From positions 1 to 44,812 of IMG/VR virus record IMGVR_UViG_3300045988_116818: 44,812 bases of DNA; one strand, written 5' to 3'. Position numbers and translations under genes: made by a program. Positions 1-7,656 of the stretch are shown here, piece by piece; the stretch's first letter is position 1, and every line of letters starts with the position of its first letter. The notes under the pieces were generated by a model. That model was not told the DNA's origin and made no database searches. It saw nothing but the letters and a program-made list of their open reading frames with translations. This DNA is from a virus.

Positions 1-99
1 CAGACCCAAATCCAATACCGCTTTCGGACAGGGTGGGGAGACTTTGAGTTATTTAAACTAAACCGGATGCTCGCTTTCACAGAAGATGAACAAAAAAAG
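1..99 (+). repeat. Terminal direct repeat, left copy (identical to 44714..44812)
   Basis: Base-by-base comparison: cagacccaaatccaataccg...gaagatgaacaaaaaaag occurs at both ends. Confidence 0.97.
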
Positions 100-117
100 A
101 TTATGGGGGCAAGCTGA
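1..117 (+). CDS. 3' end of the junction-spanning HTH gene (5' part at 44576..44812)
   Basis: Position 1 is in frame with ATG 44576. The frame continues ...EDEQKK-IMGAS and stops at TGA 115-117. Confidence 0.7.
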   Translation, partial: QTQIQYRFRTGWGDFELFKLNRMLAFTEDEQKKIMGAS

Positions 118-208
118 TGAACAATTTAACATTTTTCTTTGTGCTGCTAGGAGTATGCACATTTACCAGGGGCCTTTTCTGGGTGGTGGACAAGCTGGAG
201 GGGCGGGT

Positions 209-757
209 ATGAAGCGACGGCTTACCCGCGAGGAGCGACGGCGGCGCAGTAATCGAACGCTGAGGATTCTTACATATCTTTGCTTCGTTGGGCTTCTGGC
301 AATCTGGTTAATTGGATTCCTGGCGCTGAATGTGGATGCGGAGCCTCCGCGCCCGGAACACACAAAAGCCATCATGCCGGAGATCACGTTGGACGAGCTG
401 GAGGCGGCTGAAAATGAGCTGATTGAGGCCGCACTGTTGGCCCGCTCAACCAAAATGGAGGACGCAACCATCACCTTCTACTGCTGCGAGGAGCGCCCAC
501 ACATCTGCGGGACAGGCTCCGGCATCACTGCCAGCGGACGGCGCGTGACTCCGTATGTGAGCTGTGCTGTAGACCCTGCCGTGATTCCGCTGGGCAGCAC
601 CATCATGATCGCGCACAACGGCGAAATGTTGTATCTGCGGGCGGACGATACCGGCCCTGCTATCCGGGGAAATCGTATAGATTTGGCAGTCCAGGGGCAC
701 CAAGAGGCCTTATCACTGGGTGTGAAAACGGCTGATATTTGGTGGTGCGAGGAATGA
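209..757 (+). CDS. Membrane-anchored 3D-domain (MltA-like double-psi beta-barrel) cell-wall-active protein
   Basis: GGAGGGG lies upstream of ATG 209. The N-terminus has RRRRS plus the hydrophobic stretch LRILTYLCFVGLLAIWLIGFLAL. The C-terminus (GTGSGITASGRRV..CAVDPAVIPLGS..YLRADDTGPAIRGNRIDL) matches the 3D-domain pattern. The 86..208 extension in the track was rejected. Confidence 0.8.
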   Translation: MKRRLTREERRRRSNRTLRILTYLCFVGLLAIWLIGFLALNVDAEPPRPEHTKAIMPEITLDELEAAENELIEAALLARSTKMEDATITFYCCEERPHICGTGSGITASGRRVTPYVSCAVDPAVIPLGSTIMIAHNGEMLYLRADDTGPAIRGNRIDLAVQGHQEALSLGVKTADIWWCEE

Positions 758-981
758 GCCTGATTGAGGATTCGGTTTCCGCACGTAAAGCCCATATGAC
801 CTACGGGCAATGGAAATTGCTTCACCCTGGAGACCCACCGCCAAGAAAAGGACATCCATCAATTGGAACCCGGTACTGTGAGGTGTGCGGCGCAGTTTTG
901 AAGCGACGGCAAAAACGATTCTGCTCTGTCGATTGTTCCGGCAGGGTTTGGAAACAGCAAAAGCGGAAGGATGCGAGATGA
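754..981 (+). CDS. Small zinc-ribbon protein
   Basis: ATGA start/stop overlap with the upstream gene. Cys pairs CEVC...CSVDC. Basic C-terminus. Confidence 0.6.
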   Translation: MSLIEDSVSARKAHMTYGQWKLLHPGDPPPRKGHPSIGTRYCEVCGAVLKRRQKRFCSVDCSGRVWKQQKRKDAR

Positions 982-1178
982 AAAAATATCCAGAATGCAG
1001 TCAGTGCACACACACCCTGAACCCCGTTCTGGAAGATGACTGCGAAAAGTATTACATCGTAGACGGGGAGATTTACTGCAAATTTTGTTTCAAAGACTAC
1101 GTTTTAGACTGGATAGACACGAATTTAGATGAGATTGCCGGAATGATGGACATACCGGTAGTCAGAGTGGAGGAATAA
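978..1178 (+). CDS. Small zinc-ribbon protein
   Basis: ATGA overlap with the upstream gene. Cys pairs CSQC ... CKFC. Confidence 0.6.
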   Translation: MKKYPECSQCTHTLNPVLEDDCEKYYIVDGEIYCKFCFKDYVLDWIDTNLDEIAGMMDIPVVRVEE

Positions 1179-1180
1179 CA

Positions 1181-1825
1181 ATGTTGAAACCATACCATGA
1201 GATGGTGCAGGTTGATGTACTGCCTCGCTGCGATTACCGAGAGGCGAAGGACGATAACGGGAAAAAAATCAAGGTTCCTTATCTGAACTGGGCCACCTGC
1301 AAATCTATGCTCCATGAGAACGGAGCAGAAACTGTTTACTTTACACCTTTGAAAACATTGGAGGGCAGCTATCTTTTTACCTCTGCCGATGTGGCAAATA
1401 AAGATGGAAGAAAGACCGGATGCTGGTTTGTGTCTGTTGAGGTACACATTGATGATTTGGTATTCACGATGGATATGCCCCTGATGAATGGGTCATTAGT
1501 AGTGTACGAAGATACACTCAATCAGCTTAGAATCTCCAACGCCCACGCAAGAGCGTTTGTCAAAGGCGTTGCCATCCATACAGGCCTCGGATTTAATCTG
1601 TGGACCACAGAAAAGGACACAGAACGGGATAGTGACGATTTGAGCGGACATAGTATTTGGTCCATCAAAGAACGCATTGAGCGGTTGATTACCGCAAAAG
1701 AGAAAGCTGGATTGGACCATAGAGACCTTTTGTCGACACTGAATCTTAATGATAAGCAATTCCGCACACTGATGTTGCAATTCAACAACATCGCTACCCT
1801 AGAACAGAAACTTCAGCAATTATGA
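1181..1825 (+). CDS. Single-strand annealing protein, Rad52/Sak (DUF1071)-like
   Basis: The segment VPYLNWATCKSMLHENGAETVYF resembles Sak/Rad52-type SSAPs. It sits directly upstream of a YqaJ-type exonuclease. Confidence 0.55.
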   Translation: MLKPYHEMVQVDVLPRCDYREAKDDNGKKIKVPYLNWATCKSMLHENGAETVYFTPLKTLEGSYLFTSADVANKDGRKTGCWFVSVEVHIDDLVFTMDMPLMNGSLVVYEDTLNQLRISNAHARAFVKGVAIHTGLGFNLWTTEKDTERDSDDLSGHSIWSIKERIERLITAKEKAGLDHRDLLSTLNLNDKQFRTLMLQFNNIATLEQKLQQL

Positions 1826-2397
1826 TTCACGATCATGAAAGGTCTGGCTGGTTTGGTGCCAGCGATACAGGAAAAATCGTGGGGAGCTGGGAAACACCCA
1901 CATTTGAAAAGTGGTGGATGGTAAAACTGGGCATTCGACAAGAGGACTTTACCACAGATGCAATGCTGACAGGAACAGCTTTTGAACACAGAATCCTGGA
2001 ACATATCGGCATCCGGAAAATGGACCGTCAAATCAGAATTCCTCGGCTATGTCTTCGCATTAATCTGGATGGCGAGACCAAGGACGAAATCAGCGAGGTA
2101 AAAACTTATGGAAAGGACCATTTTGTAGTATCAAAAGCCTATTGGCAGCAGTGCCAAGCAGAGATGTTCGGCGCAAAGAAGCAATGCCGTATTGTTGCAT
2201 ATCATCTGCTTCCAGAGGACTATCTTAACTGGTTTTCCCCTATCGATGATGCCAGAATTTCTTACTACCCAATCCAATACGACGCGGAATGGGTCAAGAC
2301 AGAATATTTGCCCCGTCTGATTTATTTGTCGAATTGCTTGAAAAAAGGAGTGTGGCCTAATGCAGACGAACAACGTACGCTGGCAACAGGACAGTGA
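1822..2397 (+). CDS. YqaJ-like viral recombinase exonuclease (PD-(D/E)XK)
   Basis: The N-terminal GWFGASDTGKIVG resembles the YqaJ IGGSD motif. An E-x-K motif (EVKTYG) is present. ATGA coupling to the SSAP gene. Confidence 0.7.
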   Translation: MIHDHERSGWFGASDTGKIVGSWETPTFEKWWMVKLGIRQEDFTTDAMLTGTAFEHRILEHIGIRKMDRQIRIPRLCLRINLDGETKDEISEVKTYGKDHFVVSKAYWQQCQAEMFGAKKQCRIVAYHLLPEDYLNWFSPIDDARISYYPIQYDAEWVKTEYLPRLIYLSNCLKKGVWPNADEQRTLATGQ

Positions 2398-2893
2398 TGG
2401 CACCTGGGTTTGTGTTCAAGTGTCCCACCGGCAGGCGTTGGATGTCTGTAGCAGCATCCGCCCTGGAAAGACTTATGACGTAACCATCAAACCCCACAGA
2501 GAGCGCCGCAGCCTGGACGCCAACGCTTATTGCTGGGTGCTGCTAGACAAACTTGCGGAAGTCCTGCAGGTAAAGAAAGAAGACCTTTACCGGGAGTACA
2601 TCCGTGACATCGGAGGAAATTCCGAGACTGTCTGCGTTCGAAATAAGGCCGTGGACAAGTTGGTGGATGGCTGGCGGCACAATGGAATTGGCTGGCAGAC
2701 GGAGACGTTCCCAAGTAAGATCAGTGGCTGCACCAATGTCACACTCTACTACGGCTCCAGTACTTATGACACTGTTCAGATGTCCCGTCTAATCGACCTA
2801 ATTATTGACGACTGCAGAGAGCAGGGAATCGAGATCTTACAGCCAGAGAAACTAGCAGCGATGATGGAGGGATGGGATGAACAAACTCACTAA
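2360..2893 (+). CDS. NinB/Orf-like recombination mediator
   Basis: HRERRSLDANAYCWVLLDKLAE parallels lambda NinB ERNRSLDQNRKLWACLGDVS. The C-terminal YDTVQMSRLIDLIIDDCREQGI parallels MRVGEFAELLELIQAFGTERGV. AAGGAG RBS. Confidence 0.65.
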   Translation: MQTNNVRWQQDSDGTWVCVQVSHRQALDVCSSIRPGKTYDVTIKPHRERRSLDANAYCWVLLDKLAEVLQVKKEDLYREYIRDIGGNSETVCVRNKAVDKLVDGWRHNGIGWQTETFPSKISGCTNVTLYYGSSTYDTVQMSRLIDLIIDDCREQGIEILQPEKLAAMMEGWDEQTH

Positions 2894-3182
2894 GGCCACA
2901 TCCATATCTCCGAAGGTCAAGCGGGCCGTGTGGGAGCGGGACAACCACCTGTGCATTTTCTGCAGGAGGCCCGGCGCCCCCATTGCTCACATTGTACGCC
3001 GCTCTCAGGGCGGTCTTGGCATTGAGAGAAACGTTGTTACGGCCTGCCAGAAATGCCATAGAGAGTTTGACGAGGGCCGCAACCGGGAGACCATGTACGT
3101 ACATGCCATTTCCTATCTAAAATGCTTTTACCCTGACTGGAACCGGGAGGATATGATCTATCGGAAGGGGGAGAACCCATGA
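2877..3182 (+). CDS. HNH endonuclease
   Basis: CIFC...HIVRRSQGG...N.VTACQKCH matches the HNH/zinc-finger pattern. Confidence 0.85.
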   Translation: MNKLTKATSISPKVKRAVWERDNHLCIFCRRPGAPIAHIVRRSQGGLGIERNVVTACQKCHREFDEGRNRETMYVHAISYLKCFYPDWNREDMIYRKGENP

Positions 3183-3400
3183 CCCAATGTGAGCGCGTTT
3201 TACAGTACATGCAGGACTTCGGTTCCATCAACCCCATGCAGGCGCTAGGCGACCTGGGCTGCTACCGTTTAGGGGCCCGCATATACGACCTGCGGCAGGG
3301 CGGACACCACATCACCCGCCGCATGGTCTCCGCAAAGAACCGTTACGGCGAGAGCGTCAGCTACGCCGAGTACAGATTGGAGGACAACAATGCTCAATAG
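3179..3400 (+). CDS. Winged-helix/HTH_39-like small DNA-binding protein
   Basis: The pattern MQALGDLGCYRLGARIYDLRQGGHHI is typical of the phage helix-turn-helix 'RLaaRI.eLr..G..I' family. ATGA overlap. Confidence 0.65.
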   Translation: MTQCERVLQYMQDFGSINPMQALGDLGCYRLGARIYDLRQGGHHITRRMVSAKNRYGESVSYAEYRLEDNNAQ

Positions 3401-3806
3401 AATCATTTTGCAAGGGCGTCTTTGCAAAGACCCGGAGCTGCGCCGCACCGGAAACGGCACCGCCGTGACGTCGTTTTCCCTTGCCGTGGACCGGGACTTC
3501 AAGTCCCAATCCGGCGAGAAGGAGACGGACTTCATTGATATTGTGGCCTGGCGCTCTACCGCTGAATTTGTCAGCAAGTACTTCTCCAAAGGCCGCATGG
3601 CTGTTGTGGAGGGCCGGCTTCAAATCCGGGACCGGACGGACAAGGACGGCGGTAAGCGCCGCAGCGCCGAGGTGATCGCGAATAACGTCTACTTTGGGGA
3701 TTCCAAGAAAGATGACCAGGGCTCCCGTCCTGTCTCCCACGGTGTGGACGTTTCCGCCTCCGACTTCGCAGAGATCAGCGAGGAAGACGGCGAGCTACCG
3801 TTTTGA
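3390..3806 (+). CDS. ssb: Single-stranded DNA-binding protein
   Basis: MLNRIILQGRLCKDPELRRTGNGTAVTSFSLAV is an OB-fold signature. The acidic tail EEDGELPF is present. Confidence 0.95.
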   Translation: MLNRIILQGRLCKDPELRRTGNGTAVTSFSLAVDRDFKSQSGEKETDFIDIVAWRSTAEFVSKYFSKGRMAVVEGRLQIRDRTDKDGGKRRSAEVIANNVYFGDSKKDDQGSRPVSHGVDVSASDFAEISEEDGELPF

Positions 3807-3820
3807 TGGGAGGGCTATCA

Positions 3821-3985
3821 ATGAAATATACACTGTTTGTTATTGATGGTGGTTATCTGGACGATGCAAACGATACGGTAACTATTCAAGGGGTGCGTGA
3901 ATGCGAACTTCCCGCTTTGCTCCGGTTGTTTACCGCAGGAAAGAACAACTTTGACGTTGTAGTTCGACGCTCCGAAGAGGAGTAA
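3821..3985 (+). CDS. Hypothetical small protein
   Basis: GGAGGG RBS lies 7 nt upstream of ATG 3821. Same-strand operon packing. Confidence 0.55.
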   Translation: MKYTLFVIDGGYLDDANDTVTIQGVRECELPALLRLFTAGKNNFDVVVRRSEEE

Positions 3986-3989
3986 GGCA

Positions 3990-4706
3990 ATGGCGGAAAA
4001 AAAGGAATATGTCAAGCTTTGGATGAGCTACGAAAGCTATTTCGAGCCGTACAGTGACGGTGAAGTGGGGCGTCTGGTGCTGGCCATGATGAAATATCGT
4101 GCGTCGGGAGTGGAGCCAGAATTCAACGGGAATGAACGGTACGTTTGGCCAGCCATCAAAAGGGACATCGACGAATCTTTGCAGGCGCAAGAGGCAACCG
4201 CCACAACCAACCGGGAAAATGGTAAAAAAGGCGGAAGACCACCTAAGGGAGAAAAACCGAATTGGTTTACTGAAAACCCAAAAAACCCAATGGGTTTTGA
4301 AGAAAGCGAAAAAAGCCATGGACAAGGTCAAGGACAAGGTCAAGGACAAGGTCAAGGACAAGGTCAGGGTTGTCCCCCCCTACCCCCCCCACTGCCAACA
4401 GGAGCGGAAGCGGAGGTAGTGTCTGACTATCTGAACCGGGTAAACCCATCCGCGTCCCCGTCCTCCCTTGACGAACTGCGCGGGTTTGCAGAAGTCATGG
4501 GCGCAGAAGTATGCCGGAGGGCCTTTGACATCGCTCTGGACAGCAAAGCGGCCACATGGCCGTATATCCGCAAAATCCTGCAGGACAAGCAATCGCGCGG
4601 CGTCCGGTGCCTTGCGGATTGGGATGCACTGGAGAAAAAGCGGGAATCCGGCAAGAATTCCTCAGCGGAGAGCGTGAATAAAAGCGCCTGGGGGTATGTG
4701 AAATGA
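3990..4706 (+). CDS. Replisome organizer, DnaD/DnaB_2 C-terminal domain-like, with a (GQ)n-Pro linker
   Basis: The C-terminal LDELRGFAEVMGAEVCRRAFDIALDSKAATWPYIRKILQDKQSRGV fits the DnaD-domain pattern. The central part is low complexity: HGQGQGQGQGQGQGQGCPPLPPPLP. Confidence 0.7.
   Translation: MAEKKEYVKLWMSYESYFEPYSDGEVGRLVLAMMKYRASGVEPEFNGNERYVWPAIKRDIDESLQAQEATATTNRENGKKGGRPPKGEKPNWFTENPKNPMGFEESEKSHGQGQGQGQGQGQGQGQGCPPLPPPLPTGAEAEVVSDYLNRVNPSASPSSLDELRGFAEVMGAEVCRRAFDIALDSKAATWPYIRKILQDKQSRGVRCLADWDALEKKRESGKNSSAESVNKSAWGYVK
4320..4367 (+). repeat. Tandem 12-bp repeat (ggacaaggtcaa x4) encoding (GQ)n, followed by C7 and C8 homopolymers (4374-4390)
   Basis: Read directly from the sequence, inside CDS 3990..4706. 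Confidence 0.95.
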
Positions 4707-5035
4707 ACAGCAAGCGCAAGGGAAAAGAGGGAGAGCTTCGCCTGGTCCACTTCCTGCGGGAGCACGGCTATGAGTGCCGCAGAACGGCACAGTACTGTGG
4801 AAAAACCGGAGAGGCGGCGGACGTGATCGGGCTTCCAGGCCTACATATCGAGTGCAAGGCCGTCGAACGGCTGAACGTTCGGGAGGCATTGAAGCAGGCG
4901 GTTAGAGACGCGGCTGCCGCCTTGATTCCCGTGGTGTTTCACAGGCACAGTCGGGAGGAGTGGCTTGTCACCCTTCGGGCGGAGGATTTCATGACCATTT
5001 ACCGAGAGTGGGAGGCCGGACGACATGACCAGTAA
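4703..5035 (+). CDS. PD-(D/E)XK nuclease, Holliday-junction-resolvase-like
   Basis: KGKEGELRLVHFLREHGYECRR...DVIG...HIECK fits the G..E....L...G ... D ... E.K resolvase-type motif arrangement. Confidence 0.6.
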   Translation: MNSKRKGKEGELRLVHFLREHGYECRRTAQYCGKTGEAADVIGLPGLHIECKAVERLNVREALKQAVRDAAAALIPVVFHRHSREEWLVTLRAEDFMTIYREWEAGRHDQ

Positions 5036-5354
5036 GACACTGCTGCGGCTGCTCGAAATGGCGCGGAGCGGATGCACAGACAGAGAGATCGGAAAAGCGG
5101 TGGGCGCTGCCCCAGCGACGGTCAGCTACCACAGGAAGAAAGCCGGAATCGAGAGGGCCCGCGGTCAAACATACCACACTCTGTACACGCTCTATGACCG
5201 GGATGGGCAGTACCTGTTTGAAGGCAGCGTGAAGGAATGCGCAAATTTCCTGGAAATTCAGGAGCACACGGTCCGGGAATATCTGTCCAGATTCCGCGCT
5301 GGAAAGAAAACGCCTGTTGAGATTTACGCAGAGCCAGTCAGGAGGATGACATGA
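5025..5354 (+). CDS. HTH DNA-binding protein (LuxR/sigma region-4-like N-terminus)
   Basis: LLEMARSGCTDREIGKAVGAAPATVSYHRKKAG is a helix-turn-helix pattern. Confidence 0.6.
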   Translation: MTSKTLLRLLEMARSGCTDREIGKAVGAAPATVSYHRKKAGIERARGQTYHTLYTLYDRDGQYLFEGSVKECANFLEIQEHTVREYLSRFRAGKKTPVEIYAEPVRRMT

Positions 5355-5626
5355 CAGCCGAAAGGCGCGCCCTGCTGGGCGACCACGAGGCAAGTAAAAG
5401 ACTGAGCGAGGCGGGGGTGCTGCTGCTATGTCCTATGTGCAGAGGAAAGGCAAGGGTGCGGAGCGAACGCTACTATCAGCCAAATGTCCGCAGAAATGTG
5501 ATCTGCACGAAATGTTTTACAAACAGCGGATGGTATAAGACGGAATACGAAGCCCGCCTCGCCTGGAACACCCGCGCGCCGATTTTGAGTGCGGAGGAGA
5601 TGGAGATACTGGAGGGGATGGAATGA
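5351..5626 (+). CDS. Lar-family restriction-alleviation-like zinc-ribbon protein
   Basis: CPMCRGK...ICTKC...EYEARLAWNTRAP matches the Lar pattern CPFCG...C..C...eAi.aWNrR. Confidence 0.6.
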   Translation: MTAERRALLGDHEASKRLSEAGVLLLCPMCRGKARVRSERYYQPNVRRNVICTKCFTNSGWYKTEYEARLAWNTRAPILSAEEMEILEGME

Positions 5627-5874
5627 AGAACCCAGGAGAATATGTTGACATTGGGGACCCAGCCTTGCAAGTCAGAACAGACGAGAATGGAAACACTGTA
5701 GCCTCTGCAACGATACAGGCGGTTGTCCTCTGGAAAGAAGATATCAAAAACCACATCATGGACGAGATCATCAAGATGTGCAAGGAGCACGGAATTACGG
5801 ACCTGTATGTGCTGAACCGGGATTTCATCCTGTCGGCTATCAAGGAGAAGATGGAAAAGGAGGCCCACCAATGA
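5623..5874 (+). CDS. Hypothetical protein
   Basis: ATGA-coupled ORF in the early operon. No motif recognised. Confidence 0.6.
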   Translation: MKNPGEYVDIGDPALQVRTDENGNTVASATIQAVVLWKEDIKNHIMDEIIKMCKEHGITDLYVLNRDFILSAIKEKMEKEAHQ

Positions 5875-6242
5875 CGCGGGAAGAAGCTGCCATCAAAAGC
5901 TGTGAGGATAGAATCAAGCACCTGAAAAGCGCGCCAACTCACCATTATGGGAAACGGCAGCGGGAAAGAGCCATTGAGCTGGAAAAGGTAAAAATAAAGG
6001 CCCTCCGCCCCGTCAGCCGGGAGCAGGTGGAGAAGGTGTTTCCTGGGTGCCCGGCATGTAAAAACGGGCCGCCGAAACTTCACATCCCAGCGTTTAGAGC
6101 TATGGCGGTATGTAATCAACACATGGATCACGAGGCTTTTGACATAGAGCTGAACAGTAAATTTTGCCTGAATTGCGGGCGGCCGTTGACGGACAAGGCC
6201 GTGGACATGGTGATGGAGAGGATGGAGGCGCTGCATGATTGA
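5871..6242 (+). CDS. Hypothetical zinc-ribbon protein
   Basis: ATGA overlap at 5871. Cys pairs CPAC ... CLNC. The 5778 start in the track was rejected. Confidence 0.6.
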   Translation: MTREEAAIKSCEDRIKHLKSAPTHHYGKRQRERAIELEKVKIKALRPVSREQVEKVFPGCPACKNGPPKLHIPAFRAMAVCNQHMDHEAFDIELNSKFCLNCGRPLTDKAVDMVMERMEALHD

Positions 6243-6549
6243 TTTGTATAAAATTCTCCCCGAAGAATGGTTTGAACAAATAGGAGATTTATCAGAAGAT
6301 GACGAGAAGTTTGCTCCCATCGATTATGACCTTGTTACATCATCCATATACTGCGGGAATTCGTTTTTTGGGCCTGAATTTGTTGACTTGCTTGTAGATG
6401 ATTACTTGAAGATATATTACATCAGGTCAGCAATAAGACAGCCTATCGGAGATTACGCATGGACGACTGTTTGGTCATGGCACAAGGCAAACGCAAGTAA
6501 ATACGATGAAATCAAAAACATTGTATTGGAGGCACTGAAAGATGGATGA
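6235..6549 (+). CDS. Hypothetical acidic protein (AT-richer segment)
   Basis: ORF overlaps the upstream stop. Its composition is visibly AT-richer than the neighbouring genes. Confidence 0.55.
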   Translation: MIDLYKILPEEWFEQIGDLSEDDEKFAPIDYDLVTSSIYCGNSFFGPEFVDLLVDDYLKIYYIRSAIRQPIGDYAWTTVWSWHKANASKYDEIKNIVLEALKDG

Positions 6550-6712
6550 AATTGTGGTCTTAGCCCTGTTTGGGGCAATACTGCTACTGATGCTATGTTG
6601 CTGTTGTTATTTGGCGGGGTACAAAAAGGGAACGCAAGACATAGCCCGATTCCATAATAGCGTTTGGAAAATGGCAGAACGGGAGGCGATGAAAGATGGC
6701 AAGGGCGATTAG
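6542..6712 (+). CDS. Small Cys-rich membrane protein (56 aa; below the ORF-track cutoff)
   Basis: Manual translation: MDEIVVLALFGAILLLMLCCCCYLAGYKKG.... It overlaps both neighbours in the way coupled genes do. Confidence 0.4.
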   Translation: MDEIVVLALFGAILLLMLCCCCYLAGYKKGTQDIARFHNSVWKMAEREAMKDGKGD

Positions 6713-7079
6713 GGAATACCAAATAAGGCCGATGGTCTGTGACTGGGCATTGGATATCCCGATGGGGAATACAACATTTGTCCTGCATTTTAACAGCCGG
6801 AACAATGCCGAGTTGGTCAAGGCCATCCTGGAATGGGAGGACTCACACCCGAACGAGGCGATTCCATATCAGCCCACCCTCACCCCGCCGAACGAGGCGC
6901 TGACGATGGAGGAGTTGCAGGAGATGGATGGGGAGCCGGTGTGGGTTGACACTATAAAGCGGTGGGGAATTGTTAGGGTGTGCGGTTATGGAATTTCTGT
7001 TCTCACAAAGAGTGGAGAATACGATGTTACAAGAATGAAATTTTACCGCCACCCGCCGGAGGGAGAGGAGTACACCTGA
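6696..7079 (+). CDS. Hypothetical protein
   Basis: Same-strand ORF; its stop overlaps the next start (TGATG). Confidence 0.6.
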   Translation: MARAIREYQIRPMVCDWALDIPMGNTTFVLHFNSRNNAELVKAILEWEDSHPNEAIPYQPTLTPPNEALTMEELQEMDGEPVWVDTIKRWGIVRVCGYGISVLTKSGEYDVTRMKFYRHPPEGEEYT

Positions 7080-7384
7080 TGGACTACGAAAAGCTTGTGG
7101 CTGACTTAAGAGATTGGTTGCCACCGGAAAGTGAGAAAATCCCATACGGAGAACTAGTCGGCGCGCCATATCCATACAACCTGCAAGGTCCATTGGTGTA
7201 TTCTGATGGGGTATGTAACTTAGTGGAAGAAGCTGCGGATGCTATCACTGCCCTGTTGGATGAAAACGCTAGACTGAAAAACAGGAAATCAATGTGGAGG
7301 AAACTGTTGGAGGCGATTAAAAGCGCCTTTGGCTGGGGGGACAAAGGAGAGAAGAACCCTGATGGACTACGAAAAGCTGATTGA
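7079..7384 (+). CDS. Hypothetical protein, paralog A (MDYEKL...)
   Basis: Starts MDYEKLVADL. Shares the 21-nt start context and the DAADA(I/L)TALL motif with the next gene. Confidence 0.6.
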   Translation: MDYEKLVADLRDWLPPESEKIPYGELVGAPYPYNLQGPLVYSDGVCNLVEEAADAITALLDENARLKNRKSMWRKLLEAIKSAFGWGDKGEKNPDGLRKAD

Positions 7385-7655
7385 GCAATTAAAACAAAAA
7401 GACGGGCTGTGGTGTTCTGTGCCTACAGGAGAAAAACTTGTCACTGACGCTGCCGACGCCCTCACCGCCCTGCTGGCAGAAAGCGAGAAGCTGCGGGACG
7501 AGCTGGAGCAGAAATCAAAACTGATTGCTCAGCAGGCCGCAGAATTGGAACGGCGGGACAAACTGCTGAAAGAACAAGAGACCGAGTTGGATCAGATGAA
7601 GCGGGAGAATGAGACCCTAAAACATGCATTACAAAATTGGCACGAGGAGGTCTGA
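7362..7655 (+). CDS. Hypothetical coiled-coil protein, paralog B (MDYEKL...)
   Basis: Starts MDYEKLIEQL. Heptad-like C-terminus LRDELEQKSKLIAQQAAELERRDKLLKEQETELDQMKREN. Confidence 0.6.
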   Translation: MDYEKLIEQLKQKDGLWCSVPTGEKLVTDAADALTALLAESEKLRDELEQKSKLIAQQAAELERRDKLLKEQETELDQMKRENETLKHALQNWHEEV

Positions 7656-7656
7656 C

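Noticed and set aside
86-208. N-terminal 41 codons of the track ORF 86..757.
   Set aside because: This part overlaps the end of the junction-spanning gene and has no RBS. ATG 209 has a GGAGGGG RBS and starts the Arg-rich/TM signal anchor.
4320-4367. Short regular repeats, considered as a possible CRISPR array or minisatellite.
   Set aside because: The repeats are contiguous 12-mers without spacers and are in frame within a CDS, encoding (GQ)n. This is not a CRISPR array.
5517-6320. 267-aa minus-strand ORF. Similar antisense ORFs lie at 16099..16830, 25896..26756, 31186..31911, 20987..21661 and 14696..15331.
   Set aside because: All lie antisense to well-supported plus-strand genes, lack ribosome-binding sites and have skewed Arg/Pro/His/Gly composition.
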